From Bacteroidaceae bacterium (lineage in GTDB: Bacteria > Bacteroidota > Bacteroidia > Bacteroidales > Bacteroidaceae): a DNA stretch of 64,000 nucleotides. Positions 1 to 10,991 of this stretch are shown here, in pieces. The notes beneath the pieces are model-generated. The model did not search any database, was not told the origin of the DNA, and saw only the letters and a program-made list of their open reading frames with translations. Both the position numbers and the translations under genes were made by a program. Location: NCBI GenBank assembly GCA_017616445.1, contig JAFZYE010000004.1:28841-92840 (forward strand), written 5' to 3'. The stretch's first letter is position 1. Each line of letters begins with the position of its first letter.

Positions 1-475
1 CATTCTGGTCTTTTCCCACCACGATGATTCCTGCATGGGCTATTTTCGCATTCTCCTCCATCGTGTTCTCATCCTCTTCACTATTGTCGTCTGCGCTGTC
101 ATCAGGCTTCTCCTCCTTCTTCTCTTCTTTTTTGTCCTCCCCGTCTTTCTGAGGGTCGGCTTTGGCTGTAGGTTCAGGAGCGTGGAACTTGATGTTATCC
201 TCTGTGGGAGCAATTCCAATAAGGTCTTTTATCTGCATGCTGAGGGTCATCAGTTCATCTCGGAACGGTTCGCTGTCGCTGAACCATGATGACACCTTGC
301 TGGTGAATGAGCCGTCGGCAAGACTTGCCCAAGAGAACTCTGGGAAAGTGGCCAGTTCGCGCTTCTCCAACTGTGATATTTTGGTGCGTGGGAAGGTGTC
401 GAACACGACAACGAATGCCACGAAGATGATGGCTACAATTGTCAAGTATATGATGGATGATTTCTGATGTTTCAT
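1..475 (-). CDS. DHHW-family (AlgX/AlgJ-like) protein, N-terminal part; the gene runs off the left edge
   Basis: Not in the ORF track because it is open at the window edge. My translation from the minus-strand ATG at 475 reads MKHQKSSIIYLTIVAIIFVAFVVVFDTFPRTKISQLEKRELATFPEF.... It has a TM anchor and a family-typical E-x-R-x-L-A-x-F-P segment, followed by an acidic K/E/D-rich insert. The start overlaps the upstream stop as ATGA. Confidence 0.55.
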   Translation of the reverse strand, partial: MKHQKSSIIYLTIVAIIFVAFVVVFDTFPRTKISQLEKRELATFPEFSWASLADGSFTSKVSSWFSDSEPFRDELMTLSMQIKDLIGIAPTEDNIKFHAPEPTAKADPQKDGEDKKEEKKEEKPDDSADDNSEEDENTMEENAKIAHAGIIVVGKDQN

Positions 476-1485
476 TGCGTTAAGTAATTTAAATATGCGG
501 TCGATGTTGCAATATTGTGTGCATGTGACACATTGTTTGCAAACAAGATGTCAGTCACATGATTATCCTTTGCGTATGTTACGATGTTCTTGTTGAAATA
601 ACGGCAGTCGACCACATGTATCTCCTCGAATGAATAGAACAAGTAGCCAGGGAGCGCATTTCCGAAACTGTCTTTGAGTATCAGCAACCTGCGGCCGTTC
701 TTGGTGGAAGTCTTTACGGTCGTCGTGTTCAAATCGCCGTGCATAAAGGTGAGGTAGGCCTGATTGTTTCCGTCCTCAAAGTCGTAGAAGAACCTATTGT
801 CGGTTGACGGGGTTTCTTTCAAAATGGTATTGTTCTTTCCAACCTGATAGCGGATGCTTACCGTATTGTATTCTACGTCGCGTGGAATGTAGTAGACAAA
901 ATCCTCTGGTGCGTTCTTCACGGCGATGTCCCTTGAGAACTTATACATCGTCCCCACATATTGATGGACAGTATCGGCCTCGTAGGTCGAGAGGTCTTCA
1001 AACGAAACTCCTGCTGTCCTGGCAAATTCCTTTGCTGCGTAGTAGGCTCCCAATGGTGCCCAGTGATGATCGGTCCGGGAGTAGATGGGTTCGTCAGCAT
1101 GGGCAGAGAGGACATCGAACAGGTTCACCTTCACCACAGCGTCCTGTAGATGTGTGAATATCGTATCAACAGCAGCACGCATGTCGCTCGTCCACTCTTT
1201 TGCTTCCTCAGGACAATAGAAAGCGACAGCAATCGGTATAGGCATACAGTAGATATGTATGCTGTCACCAAAGACCTCTTTGTAGCGGTTCGCGGCTTCG
1301 GCATACATCACGCCGTTTTCCGACTTCCCTCCGAAAGGATCTACCGCTCTGACATTTTTGCCGCTTCCGATAATGATGATGCCCGATCTAGTACGTCGAA
1401 CAGGTTCACCCGCATAGGCATCTGTGATGCAGATTTGACTTATCATCAGGAACGTCAGAAGTTTTACAATGTATGATGTCTTCAT
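472..1485 (-). CDS. DHHW family protein (AlgX/AlgJ-like O-acetyltransferase component)
   Basis: 337 aa with an N-terminal signal/anchor and a literal DHHW motif (YSRTDHHWAPLGAYYAA). It lies 17 bp downstream of the MBOAT gene. Confidence 0.8.
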   Translation of the reverse strand: MKTSYIVKLLTFLMISQICITDAYAGEPVRRTRSGIIIIGSGKNVRAVDPFGGKSENGVMYAEAANRYKEVFGDSIHIYCMPIPIAVAFYCPEEAKEWTSDMRAAVDTIFTHLQDAVVKVNLFDVLSAHADEPIYSRTDHHWAPLGAYYAAKEFARTAGVSFEDLSTYEADTVHQYVGTMYKFSRDIAVKNAPEDFVYYIPRDVEYNTVSIRYQVGKNNTILKETPSTDNRFFYDFEDGNNQAYLTFMHGDLNTTTVKTSTKNGRRLLILKDSFGNALPGYLFYSFEEIHVVDCRYFNKNIVTYAKDNHVTDILFANNVSHAHNIATSTAYLNYLTQ

Positions 1486-1501
1486 TTGGGGTATGTCTTT
1501 T

Positions 1502-2944
1502 TCAGAATCGGGTGTAAATAAATGCGTTGTTTGTAGCTCCTACCAATAAGGCTGTGCTCAAAATGAGTACTGCTGCAGAGAAGATTAACTGTGCTGTGAC
1601 AGTAATGCCTTTGCGCAGAGAGAGGTTCGGCACACACTTTTCGAGTAACCACGAGAGCGCGTTGAATACCGGCAGACTCAGCACGATTGCAGCAATCCAC
1701 AACCAGAAGTAGTCGAACAAAGTAGTCTCAGTCAGCAAGTCGGTCAGTTCCGCTGTATTGCCCACGAAAGCGTTGAAGAAGGTAATCATGCTCCCGAAGT
1801 CATCGAAGTAGAAGATTCCCCAGCCGATGATGACCAGCAACATGCTGTAGATGTGCAGTATGATATTGGGGATGTACTTCTGGACCTTCAGTAACGTGTA
1901 TTTCTCAGCCATTACAATTATACCGAAATAGACACCCCAAATGATAAAGTTCCAGCTGGCTCCGTGCCACATACCTGTGAGGAACCACACCACCAGGATG
2001 TTCAGCGCTTGATGTCTGCGGTTGCCACCAAGAGGAATGTACAGATAGTCGCGGAAGAAACTACCCAGTGAGATGTGCCATCTGCGCCAGAAGTCCGTGA
2101 TGGAATTGCAGCAGTAGGGGTGGTTGAAGTTCTCGTTGAACTTGAATCCCAGACAGCGACCCATACCGATAGCCATATCGGAGTAACCCGAGAAGTCGAA
2201 GTAGATCTGGAGCGTGAATGCGATAATTCCCATCCACGAACCGCCCACAGACAGACTGTCAAGGTTGTTTTTCAAGAACAGGTCGGATATTTCAGACAAC
2301 TGATTGGCCAGTATCACTTTCTTGCCTAATCCGATGAGAAAACGCTGCACTCCGTATGCGATATCGGCAGAGGATGCGTGACGCTGGTGAATATTGTCGG
2401 CAATCGTTCCGTAACGTACGATAGGGCCCGCAATCAATTGTGGGAACATCGAAATGTAGAGTAGCAGGTCGACAAACCGATGCTGCACCGGCGATTCCTT
2501 TCTGTAAACGTCAATCAGGTACGAGATGGATTGGAACGTATAGAAACTGATACCGATTGGTAACGCTATGTTGGGTGAGCTGACAGGGATGCCTGCCTGA
2601 CTCAGAATGTCTGTAAAGAAGTTGGCGTACTTGAACACACCAAGGACGGCAATATTTACCACAAGTCCGATAGTTAAAGCTAACTTTCGATGTTGTTCTT
2701 GTTTGTCAATCTGCAAGCCTATGATGTAGTTGGCGAGCACACAAAGTAGCATCAGGAATACATATACGGGTTCTCCCCACGCATAGAATATCAGCGAGAA
2801 GATGACCAACGACATGTTGCGAGCCTGATGGGTCTTGCGTATATCTTTGTTTAACAGTGTCCGGTCGATGATGCCTCCCAGCAGGTAGCATAAAGCAAAT
2901 GCCGGTATGAATACAAATAAGAAAAATAAGTCTGAAAAAACCAT
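1502..2944 (-). CDS. MBOAT family O-acyltransferase (AlgI/DltB/PatA-like)
   Basis: Polytopic membrane protein with the MBOAT signature region FWRRWHISLGSFFRDYLYIPLGGNR...WHGASWNF. The ORF is open to 2992, but the ATG at 2944 (MVFSDLFFLF...) avoids overlap with the upstream gene. Confidence 0.85.
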   Translation of the reverse strand: MVFSDLFFLFVFIPAFALCYLLGGIIDRTLLNKDIRKTHQARNMSLVIFSLIFYAWGEPVYVFLMLLCVLANYIIGLQIDKQEQHRKLALTIGLVVNIAVLGVFKYANFFTDILSQAGIPVSSPNIALPIGISFYTFQSISYLIDVYRKESPVQHRFVDLLLYISMFPQLIAGPIVRYGTIADNIHQRHASSADIAYGVQRFLIGLGKKVILANQLSEISDLFLKNNLDSLSVGGSWMGIIAFTLQIYFDFSGYSDMAIGMGRCLGFKFNENFNHPYCCNSITDFWRRWHISLGSFFRDYLYIPLGGNRRHQALNILVVWFLTGMWHGASWNFIIWGVYFGIIVMAEKYTLLKVQKYIPNIILHIYSMLLVIIGWGIFYFDDFGSMITFFNAFVGNTAELTDLLTETTLFDYFWLWIAAIVLSLPVFNALSWLLEKCVPNLSLRKGITVTAQLIFSAAVLILSTALLVGATNNAFIYTRF

Positions 2945-2975
2945 CAGTATATTTACGATTTGACTATTTTGCGAT

Positions 2976-3749
2976 TTAATGTATGATTTCAAGAAGTTTC
3001 TCTAACACATAACTGCCAATCAGCATGGCTCCCTCCGTATTGGTGTGTACTCCGTCGGAGGTATAATGCTTCTCTTGCTGTTCTTCTTCGCTGTTTATAC
3101 CTACCTCATCCAGACGGATGACAGGCATTTCGAGTAGCGCACCACACTGGTCAATCAACTCACCCGTCTTAGTTACCACCTCACGGCTCACCTTCGTTGC
3201 TTGCATTGGGGTGAGGAGCACAATCGTGGCATCCGGGCAGAACTCTCTCAGCATCTCGTAGTCGTAGCGGATCGCTTCTGCCATCGAGAGTATTTCATTC
3301 GGTTGGCGGGTAGGGTAGAGCTGAGTAGTGTCTAAACATACCTCTTCTGCCGATTTTGAGAATGCCTGCGGACGTTTGGCTTCGAACCACATGTCGTTCG
3401 TGCCTGCCAGAATCAGAATCAGGTCGGGCACATGCTGAGTGCTGTCGTTACAGGCATCACGCAGACGATTCACCTGATTGTAAATCACATTGTCATCGCC
3501 CAGCAAAGATGTATATTCCTTTGTGTTGTATTTCGTCTGTTCCGTATGTGTCCAAGTGGCACCACTACGTGCATAGCTGCGACACGATGCCGGTTCCATC
3601 TGCTCCTTCAGAACCGTAATCCAACCCTTTGGATTCGTACAACTGTCACCTGCCAGCCAAGTATTTGAGTCGCCTAATGCTACGATATGTTGTGCTTGGG
3701 CATAGGCGAATGGCAAAAGGCATAAGATGAATGATAAGATTGTTTTCAT
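2976..3749 (-). CDS. SGNH/GDSL-family hydrolase (esterase/acetyltransferase-like), secreted
   Basis: Signal peptide, block I GDSN (IVALGDSNTW), block III AGTND, C-terminal DGVH. Confidence 0.8.
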   Translation of the reverse strand: MKTILSFILCLLPFAYAQAQHIVALGDSNTWLAGDSCTNPKGWITVLKEQMEPASCRSYARSGATWTHTEQTKYNTKEYTSLLGDDNVIYNQVNRLRDACNDSTQHVPDLILILAGTNDMWFEAKRPQAFSKSAEEVCLDTTQLYPTRQPNEILSMAEAIRYDYEMLREFCPDATIVLLTPMQATKVSREVVTKTGELIDQCGALLEMPVIRLDEVGINSEEEQQEKHYTSDGVHTNTEGAMLIGSYVLEKLLEIIH

Positions 3750-4441
3750 AGTTCACTTTTCACGTATTCTATTGCGCGATTGATATATTGAAGGAACGGA
3801 TATGTGCTCTTGAATAGTTCTACGGTTTTCTCTGGCATGTCTGGTGCCGTCATGAAGGCTGTGTTCGGTTCGTAGCAGAGACAGTAAACGCGAAGCTTCA
3901 GGTAGTCGGCATAAGGACTGTCGGCAGGGAAGCCGGCCGGCACTTTCTTCAGCGCACTACTTTCATCGAGCCAGAACTCTGGGGCTACTTTCGTCTTCAG
4001 TATCTCTTCGAAATCTCCTTGTCCATAACAGATATCTTCGCGCAAGATTTTCAGTACCTTGGGGTCGCACATGTAATCACCTGCAGCCAACATGTGTGCA
4101 GCAGGGTAGCCTTCACCTCCTACGCCCAGATGGAAGTAATAGCCAGAGAAGCCAGATTTCTTGCCTCCAGGACAGATGTAAGCTCCCATGTGGGTCTTAT
4201 ACGGCCGTTTATCGTTCGAGAAACGCACATCACGATAGATACGGTAGGTGCAGTCTTTGGCTGTGAGGCCAGCTACAGATGGGTCGAACTCTGTGATGCC
4301 TGCAATGATTTGGTCTACTACTGCGTTAAACCGAGCCTGTGCCTCGACGTATTGGGCTTTGTTGGCATGAAACCACTCGCGGTCGTTGTGTCGACTCAAG
4401 TCCTTCAAATATGCGATGACTTCTTTCATGTTGTTCGTCAT
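3746..4441 (-). CDS. DUF2461 (TIGR02453-like) family protein
   Basis: 231 aa. The N-terminus (LKDLSRHNDREWFHANKAQY) and the YRIYRDVRFSNDKRPYKTH segment resemble this family. It overlaps the next gene by 4 nt, so it is first in the operon. Confidence 0.7.
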   Translation of the reverse strand: MTNNMKEVIAYLKDLSRHNDREWFHANKAQYVEAQARFNAVVDQIIAGITEFDPSVAGLTAKDCTYRIYRDVRFSNDKRPYKTHMGAYICPGGKKSGFSGYYFHLGVGGEGYPAAHMLAAGDYMCDPKVLKILREDICYGQGDFEEILKTKVAPEFWLDESSALKKVPAGFPADSPYADYLKLRVYCLCYEPNTAFMTAPDMPEKTVELFKSTYPFLQYINRAIEYVKSEL

Positions 4442-4464
4442 TTGATACCGTTCGAAAAATCATG

Positions 4465-4472
4465 CAAAGATA
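4465..4472 (-). promoter_or_regulatory. Bacteroidota -7 box (TATCTTTG) for the DUF2461/SGNH/MBOAT/DHHW operon
   Basis: Exact TAnnTTTG match 24 nt upstream of the ATG. Confidence 0.55.
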
Positions 4473-4546
4473 GTAAAAAAAAAGTAATGTAGGAATTAAT
4501 TCATGAAAAAAGAACCTGTAATCATCTGTATGTTATTTTTTTTTCG

Positions 4547-4554
4547 TACCTTTG
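4547..4554 (+). promoter_or_regulatory. -7 box (TACCTTTG) for the ABC-F gene
   Basis: Exact TAnnTTTG match 34 nt upstream of the ATG. Confidence 0.55.
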
Positions 4555-4575
4555 CATCCTCAATTGAAAATATAG

Positions 4576-6204
<1,629 letters not shown>

Positions 6205-6234
6205 AGTTTATAGTTTATAGTTTAAAGTTTATAG
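6205..6234. repeat. heptad word array (AGTTTAT/AGTTTAA)
   Basis: agtttatagtttatagtttaaagtttatag lies between the convergent ABC-F and cdd stops. Confidence 0.8.
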
Positions 6235-6244
6235 GGTAAAGAGA

Positions 6245-6727
6245 CTATAGAAGCGAGTTGCTGTCAAATGCAACTGGTAATAGGTCACTTGCAGAATCGA
6301 CGAAGTAAGTGCCGTCTGTACCATAAAGCATAATCTTTATAGGTTTTCCGAAACGATGCTCGGTTTCAAGCATCACCTGTCGACATGCTCCACAGGGACT
6401 GATTGGAGAGTTGGTAAATTCTCCTTTGGTGTCGCGTGCGGCTATACAGAGCATTCTGACTGGAACATCCGGATATTTGGAATTCGCATAGAAGAGGGTA
6501 GTGCGTTCGGCACAAAGACCAGAAGGATATGCGCAGTTCTCTTGGTTGTTTCCTGTGATGACCTCGCCATTTTCAAGTAATACTGCTGCTCCCACGCAGA
6601 ACTTGCTATAGGGTGCATAACTTCTGAAAGTTGCTTCTTTGGCTGCTGTTACCAGTTGTTGTTCTAATTCATTCAATTCATTCTCCTCTTTGAGGATGAT
6701 ATGGACGGATTTGACGATTTCTTTCAT
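6245..6727 (-). CDS. cdd: cytidine deaminase
   Basis: Zinc motifs CAERTTLF and PCGACRQVMLE. The ORF is open to 6853, but MKEIVKS at 6727 gives the usual size of about 160 aa. Confidence 0.85.
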   Translation of the reverse strand: MKEIVKSVHIILKEENELNELEQQLVTAAKEATFRSYAPYSKFCVGAAVLLENGEVITGNNQENCAYPSGLCAERTTLFYANSKYPDVPVRMLCIAARDTKGEFTNSPISPCGACRQVMLETEHRFGKPIKIMLYGTDGTYFVDSASDLLPVAFDSNSLL

Positions 6728-6812
6728 TTTATTGGCACTTTTGGATGATTTAATGCCAAAGTTATGGATTTTTTTTGTAAGTTTGCAGTTGAAAACAAAA
6801 AAAAGCGCATTT

Positions 6813-7733
6813 ATGGACTTAAAAAGACTGAATAGAGTTATTTTATTTAGCATTTTGTCAATTGTTGGAGCTACAGCCTTTGCACAGACAAAGAGTAAAG
6901 CATTCTTGGATTATATCAGTCAATATACGGCGATTGCTGTGGAGCAGATGGAGAAACACGGTATTCCTGCAAGCATCACTTTGGCACAGGGGTTGTTGGA
7001 GAGTGGAGCGGGAAGCAGCGAATTGGCCAAGAAAAGCAATAACCATTTCGGTATCAAGTGTGGAAGTAATTGGTTTGGACCTACGTATTCCCACTTTGAT
7101 GATGGACGAAATGAGTGTTTCCGTGTGTATGAGAATCCGCGTGCCAGCTTTGAGGATCACTCGCAGTTTTTGAAGAAAGAACGCTATAGCCGTCTGTTCC
7201 GCCTGAGTATCTTGGACTATAAAGGCTGGGCACGAGGTCTGAAGGCCTGCGGTTATGCGACGAGTCCTACTTATGCAGACCGTTTGATACAGATAATCGA
7301 ACTGTATGAATTGAATAAGCTCGACAAAGATCCTAAGGCTGTATTTATCCCAGAAGCACGTCCTGTCGTAACTGTCGAACTGAACACTCATACCGTAATG
7401 ACAAACAACGGACTGATGTGTATCAAAGCGAATGGAAAGGACACTTGGGACAGTATCGCAAAGGAGTTCGCTATTCCAAAATACAAGTTGCTGGAGTATA
7501 ACGAAGCTATCGAGCGGGTAGAGATTGCGGCTGGCGATTTCATCTATCTGCAGAAGAAGCAGAAGAAAGGCGACAAGCGCTATGGGAAGAACTACTGGCA
7601 TCATGTACAGCAGGGAGAGTCGATGTACTCTATCGCCCAACTTTATGGAATAAAGATCAGTAGCCTTTATAAGTTGAACTTCCGCGATGAGGATTATGTG
7701 CCTTTTGCGGGTGATCTGCTGAGGGTGAGGTAG
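6813..7733 (+). CDS. secreted glucosaminidase (GH73/FlgJ-like) domain protein with C-terminal LysM
   Basis: Signal peptide MDLKRLNRVILFSILSIVGATAFAQ; LAQGLLESGAGSSELAKKSNNHFGIK (GH73-type); C-terminal LysM-like HHVQQGESMYSIAQLYGI. The ORF track's upstream extension is antisense to cdd. Confidence 0.75.
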   Translation: MDLKRLNRVILFSILSIVGATAFAQTKSKAFLDYISQYTAIAVEQMEKHGIPASITLAQGLLESGAGSSELAKKSNNHFGIKCGSNWFGPTYSHFDDGRNECFRVYENPRASFEDHSQFLKKERYSRLFRLSILDYKGWARGLKACGYATSPTYADRLIQIIELYELNKLDKDPKAVFIPEARPVVTVELNTHTVMTNNGLMCIKANGKDTWDSIAKEFAIPKYKLLEYNEAIERVEIAAGDFIYLQKKQKKGDKRYGKNYWHHVQQGESMYSIAQLYGIKISSLYKLNFRDEDYVPFAGDLLRVR

Positions 7734-7860
7734 GGGGTGCTAGTACAACTAGAATCTCTAGGATTTCTAGAAAAACTAGTATAAATAGTTTTTAGATACA
7801 GCAAATGCTCTCAACGAGGTTGGGAGCATTTGTCTGTTAAGGGTTTTGCTGTTGTCTCAC

Positions 7861-9438
7861 TTAGCTGTTCTGTTCAATTTCCTCCTGCATGTCAATCAGG
7901 TTTCCTGCTTTGTCCTTGAATTCGTACTGAAGGAACGCTAACGATTGACTTGGAGTGATTTTGAATCGAAGTCCATACTTTAAGTGCCATTTCATCTTCA
8001 TTGAAGGGAATCCCTGATTGATGTAGGCATATACATAAGGATGGACAAACAATTGAAACTTCCTCATTCCAAGAATGTTGACAATATGATCGATTTTGCT
8101 TTCGATGATGTCTGTGAAAAGATAGGATGATTTGATGATTCCTTTTCCGTGGCAAGTCGGACATGTCTCGTCGACAATCACGTCCATAGCCGGACGTACT
8201 CTTTGTCGGGTGATCTGCATCAGTCCGAATTTGCTAAGTGGCAAAATGTTGTGTTTTGCCCTGTCTGGACGCATCAGCTCACACATCTTTTCGTAGAGCT
8301 TTTGGCGGTGATCGGCTGTTCCCATATCGATGAAGTCTATCACGATGATTCCACCGATATCTCTAAGTCTTAATTGGCGTGCTATTTCTTCGGCTGCACC
8401 CATATTTACTTCGAACGCATTGGCTTCCTGACCGTCGACTCCCCTTGAACGGTTACCGCTGTTGACATCGATAACATGGAGTGCTTCTGTGTGTTCGATA
8501 ATGAGGTATGCGCCTCGTTTGTAGCTTACTGTTCTGCCGAACCCAGATTTGATTTGTTTGGTGACATCAAAATTGTCAAAGATCGGTACATCGCCTTTGT
8601 AAAGCTTAACGATTTCCTCGCGTTCAGGTGCAATAAGGCTTACGTATTTCTTGACATCCTTGTAGACCGCATTGTTGTTTACGTAGATGGCCTCATAGGA
8701 AGGATTGAAGAGGTCTCGGAGCAGTGAAACGGTACGTCCTGATTCTTCGTGAACCATCAATGGCAGGTTGGGTGCCATCTGGACTTTTGTGATGCAGTCT
8801 TGCCAGCTGTCGAGCAAGATGGTCAACTCTTTGTCGAGTTCTGCTACACGCTTTCCTTCGGCTACTGTTCGTACAATAACGCCGAAGTTGCGTGGTTTGA
8901 TGCTCTGTATCAGCTGTTTCAGACGTGCACGCTCCTCTGAGCTCTTGATCTTTGTCGATACGTTTACCTTATTGGCAAATGGTATTAAAACAAGATAGCG
9001 ACCCGCAATAGAAATTTCTCCTGTAAGACGCGGACCTTTGGTGTTGATAGGCTCTTTTGTGATTTGAACCATCACCTCCTGCCCCAGTTCCAGGATTTTG
9101 TCGATGGAACCGTCTTTCGGTAGTTCAGGCTGTATAGCGAACTTTTCGACAGCAGGTAGTTTCTTGCGGTCGCTTGCTACTTGTTTTACATACTTTTCGA
9201 GCGAAAGAAAATGTGAACCTAAATCTTGGTAGTGAAGGAATGCTTCGCGCTCATGACCGACATCAACAAAACATGCATTTAAGCCAGGCATTATTTTTTT
9301 GACTCTGGCAGCATAGATGTTGCCCACGGAGTAGTGTGTGTCAAGTGATTCCTTTTGGAATTCGACTAACCGTTTGTCTTCAAGAAGAGCAATCGTTACT
9401 TCGTTGGGTTGGGAGTCGATAATAAGTTCACTTGTCAT
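7861..9438 (-). CDS. rng: ribonuclease G/E family (Rne/Rng)
   Basis: 525 aa with an S1-like N-terminus (GNIYAARVKKIMPGLNACFVDVG) and catalytic core IVIDFIDM...LPLSKFGLMQITRQR. Confidence 0.9.
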   Translation of the reverse strand: MTSELIIDSQPNEVTIALLEDKRLVEFQKESLDTHYSVGNIYAARVKKIMPGLNACFVDVGHEREAFLHYQDLGSHFLSLEKYVKQVASDRKKLPAVEKFAIQPELPKDGSIDKILELGQEVMVQITKEPINTKGPRLTGEISIAGRYLVLIPFANKVNVSTKIKSSEERARLKQLIQSIKPRNFGVIVRTVAEGKRVAELDKELTILLDSWQDCITKVQMAPNLPLMVHEESGRTVSLLRDLFNPSYEAIYVNNNAVYKDVKKYVSLIAPEREEIVKLYKGDVPIFDNFDVTKQIKSGFGRTVSYKRGAYLIIEHTEALHVIDVNSGNRSRGVDGQEANAFEVNMGAAEEIARQLRLRDIGGIIVIDFIDMGTADHRQKLYEKMCELMRPDRAKHNILPLSKFGLMQITRQRVRPAMDVIVDETCPTCHGKGIIKSSYLFTDIIESKIDHIVNILGMRKFQLFVHPYVYAYINQGFPSMKMKWHLKYGLRFKITPSQSLAFLQYEFKDKAGNLIDMQEEIEQNS

Positions 9439-9455
9439 TTCCTTGCTGAAGAGAT

Positions 9456-9545
9456 TTATTTGCTCTTATGACGATTCTTTCTTAGTCTTTTCTTACGCTT
9501 GTGTGTAGAAATCTTGTGTCTTTTTTTCTTCTTACCGTTTGGCAT
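9456..9545 (-). CDS. 29-aa hyper-basic protein, bS22 / mS38(Cox24)-like small ribosomal-protein candidate
   Basis: Not in the ORF track (<60 aa). My translation reads MPNGKKKKRHKISTHKRKKRLRKNRHKSK*. It sits between hup and rng on the same strand and its composition resembles small basic ribosomal proteins. Confidence 0.5.
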   Translation of the reverse strand: MPNGKKKKRHKISTHKRKKRLRKNRHKSK

Positions 9546-9616
9546 AATACTGAAAAATTAAAGGGTTGATATTATTGTTGATTAATTAAATAATGCTCTG
9601 TGAGGGTCTCACACCA

Positions 9617-9895
9617 TTATTTCTCCTTCATGGCTTCTGCAAATGCGATTGCTGGTTTGAATACAACCGTCTTGTGTGCAGGGATGAAGATGGTGGTGTT
9701 TTCCTTGATGTTGCGGCCTGTGCGTTCCTTACGAACCTTGATGGTGAATGAACCGAAACCGCGAAGGAACACTTCTTGGTCGTTGAGCAGGTTTTCTCTT
9801 ACGGTTGCCGTAAAAGCCTCAACTACAGCATAGACTTCCTCTTTGGAGATGCCTGTTTGCTCTGAGATTGAATTTACAATGTCTGATTTTGTCAT
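9617..9895 (-). CDS. hup: HU-family DNA-binding protein
   Basis: 92 aa: MTKSDIVNSISEQTGISKEEV...FGSFTIKVRKERTGRNI.... Confidence 0.85.
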   Translation of the reverse strand: MTKSDIVNSISEQTGISKEEVYAVVEAFTATVRENLLNDQEVFLRGFGSFTIKVRKERTGRNIKENTTIFIPAHKTVVFKPAIAFAEAMKEK

Positions 9896-10092
9896 ATCTT
9901 TTATTTTTTTAAGTAATCGTTGCGTTCAATATTTTACTTCGCACGAGATGGCGTTCTTCGTCTCGTACGACGCAAACGGAGTGCAAAGTTAGCATTTTCT
10001 GCTTAAACAGAAAAATATTTTGCGATTTTTTTTATGTAAAATCGTGCAAAACAAATACTTAGCAATCCTTTTGTATCTTTTGAGGACGTTTT

Positions 10093-10866
10093 TCAGAAGA
10101 TTTCGTTGAGAACGCGTGCCAATCTGATACCTCCTTTCAGCAGTTGTTGCTCTACGACTGGAGTGTATTTTGCGATGTAGTCGTACGAGATTTCCGATCC
10201 TGCTGGTGTGTCGGCATATATGCCTTTACAGATTTCAAAGGTCTCGCGTGCCCAGTCGTCAAAGGTGCCTTGCCCAATTGTCTTGCGTTCTTGTTTGCTC
10301 GTGCGGTCTATCTGTTCCACCCATTCGGTATAGGTCCAGCGATGGGCATAGTCGACAATATCCTCATCCCATAGGGCATGCAGGTTCCTCTCTTTGCCGA
10401 AGACCGTCAGCTTCACCAGGTTACCTCCATAGTCGGCATAGCGTCCTAAGTGAAAGGGCTGGTGCAGGTCGCCCAGGAAATGTATCACCATTTTCAGCGC
10501 AAGTGCTTCCTCCTCTTCTGATAGCTTTCCTGATTTCAGCAAGCTCACCTGTTCGTTGAGGGCTGTGATGATGTCGCCCGCTTTAGCAGGAGGTACTTCC
10601 TCATAGGTCTGGTCGGCTTCGATATTTTTATAGTGCCAAGGTTTCCAGTCCTCGTGTTCTGGGGTGTGGCTGGCGTTGTCGAGCCAGTTGCCCCAATACA
10701 CCAGGCTTTTCCCTTTGAATATCTTATTTATCTTCTTCTTGGCGCGTCTGCTCAAGTGCTTCTCTGCGATGGCACAGGTGGTGTCGTGACCCACTTGCCC
10801 CCATGCGAGACATTCAGTTGTCACAATCGATGTGACAATTGTCAAAATGATGGTTTTTATTTTCAT
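10093..10866 (-). CDS. S1/P1 nuclease family protein, secreted
   Basis: Signal peptide followed by the mature N-terminal W (AWGQVGH), plus HFLGDLHQPFH and NLHALWD zinc-ligand blocks. Confidence 0.8.
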   Translation of the reverse strand: MKIKTIILTIVTSIVTTECLAWGQVGHDTTCAIAEKHLSRRAKKKINKIFKGKSLVYWGNWLDNASHTPEHEDWKPWHYKNIEADQTYEEVPPAKAGDIITALNEQVSLLKSGKLSEEEEALALKMVIHFLGDLHQPFHLGRYADYGGNLVKLTVFGKERNLHALWDEDIVDYAHRWTYTEWVEQIDRTSKQERKTIGQGTFDDWARETFEICKGIYADTPAGSEISYDYIAKYTPVVEQQLLKGGIRLARVLNEIF

Positions 10867-10927
10867 GGTTAAGTGATTCTACCTTAATATTAAATATGTC
10901 GGTTGTTTACATCAGCAAAGTATTTTT

Positions 10928-10979
10928 CTTAACTCTTAACTCTTAATTCTTAATTCTTAACTCTTACCTCTTACCTCTT
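10928..10979. repeat. heptad word array (CTCTTAA/TTCTTAA/CTCTTAC) x7
   Basis: Read directly from the sequence. It lies between the TonB receptor stop and the S1/P1 nuclease start. Confidence 0.8.
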
Positions 10980-10991
10980 TCAACTTAATAG

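Noticed and set aside
35-467. Plus-strand ORFs of 84 aa and 101 aa at the left edge.
   Set aside because: They are antisense to the edge-truncated DHHW-family gene, which I translated from the ATG at 475.
6728-6853. N-terminal extensions offered by the ORF track for cdd, and similarly for the glucosaminidase gene (6639), the membrane protein (32013), the esterase (39558), the HK (36501) and the MBOAT gene (2992).
   Set aside because: The extensions overlap neighbouring genes or promoters and lack signal-peptide logic. Internal ATGs give family-typical N-termini.
6858-7640. A 260-aa minus-strand ORF overlapping the glucosaminidase/LysM gene.
   Set aside because: It is antisense to a CDS with clear GH73 and LysM motifs, and I recognised nothing in it.
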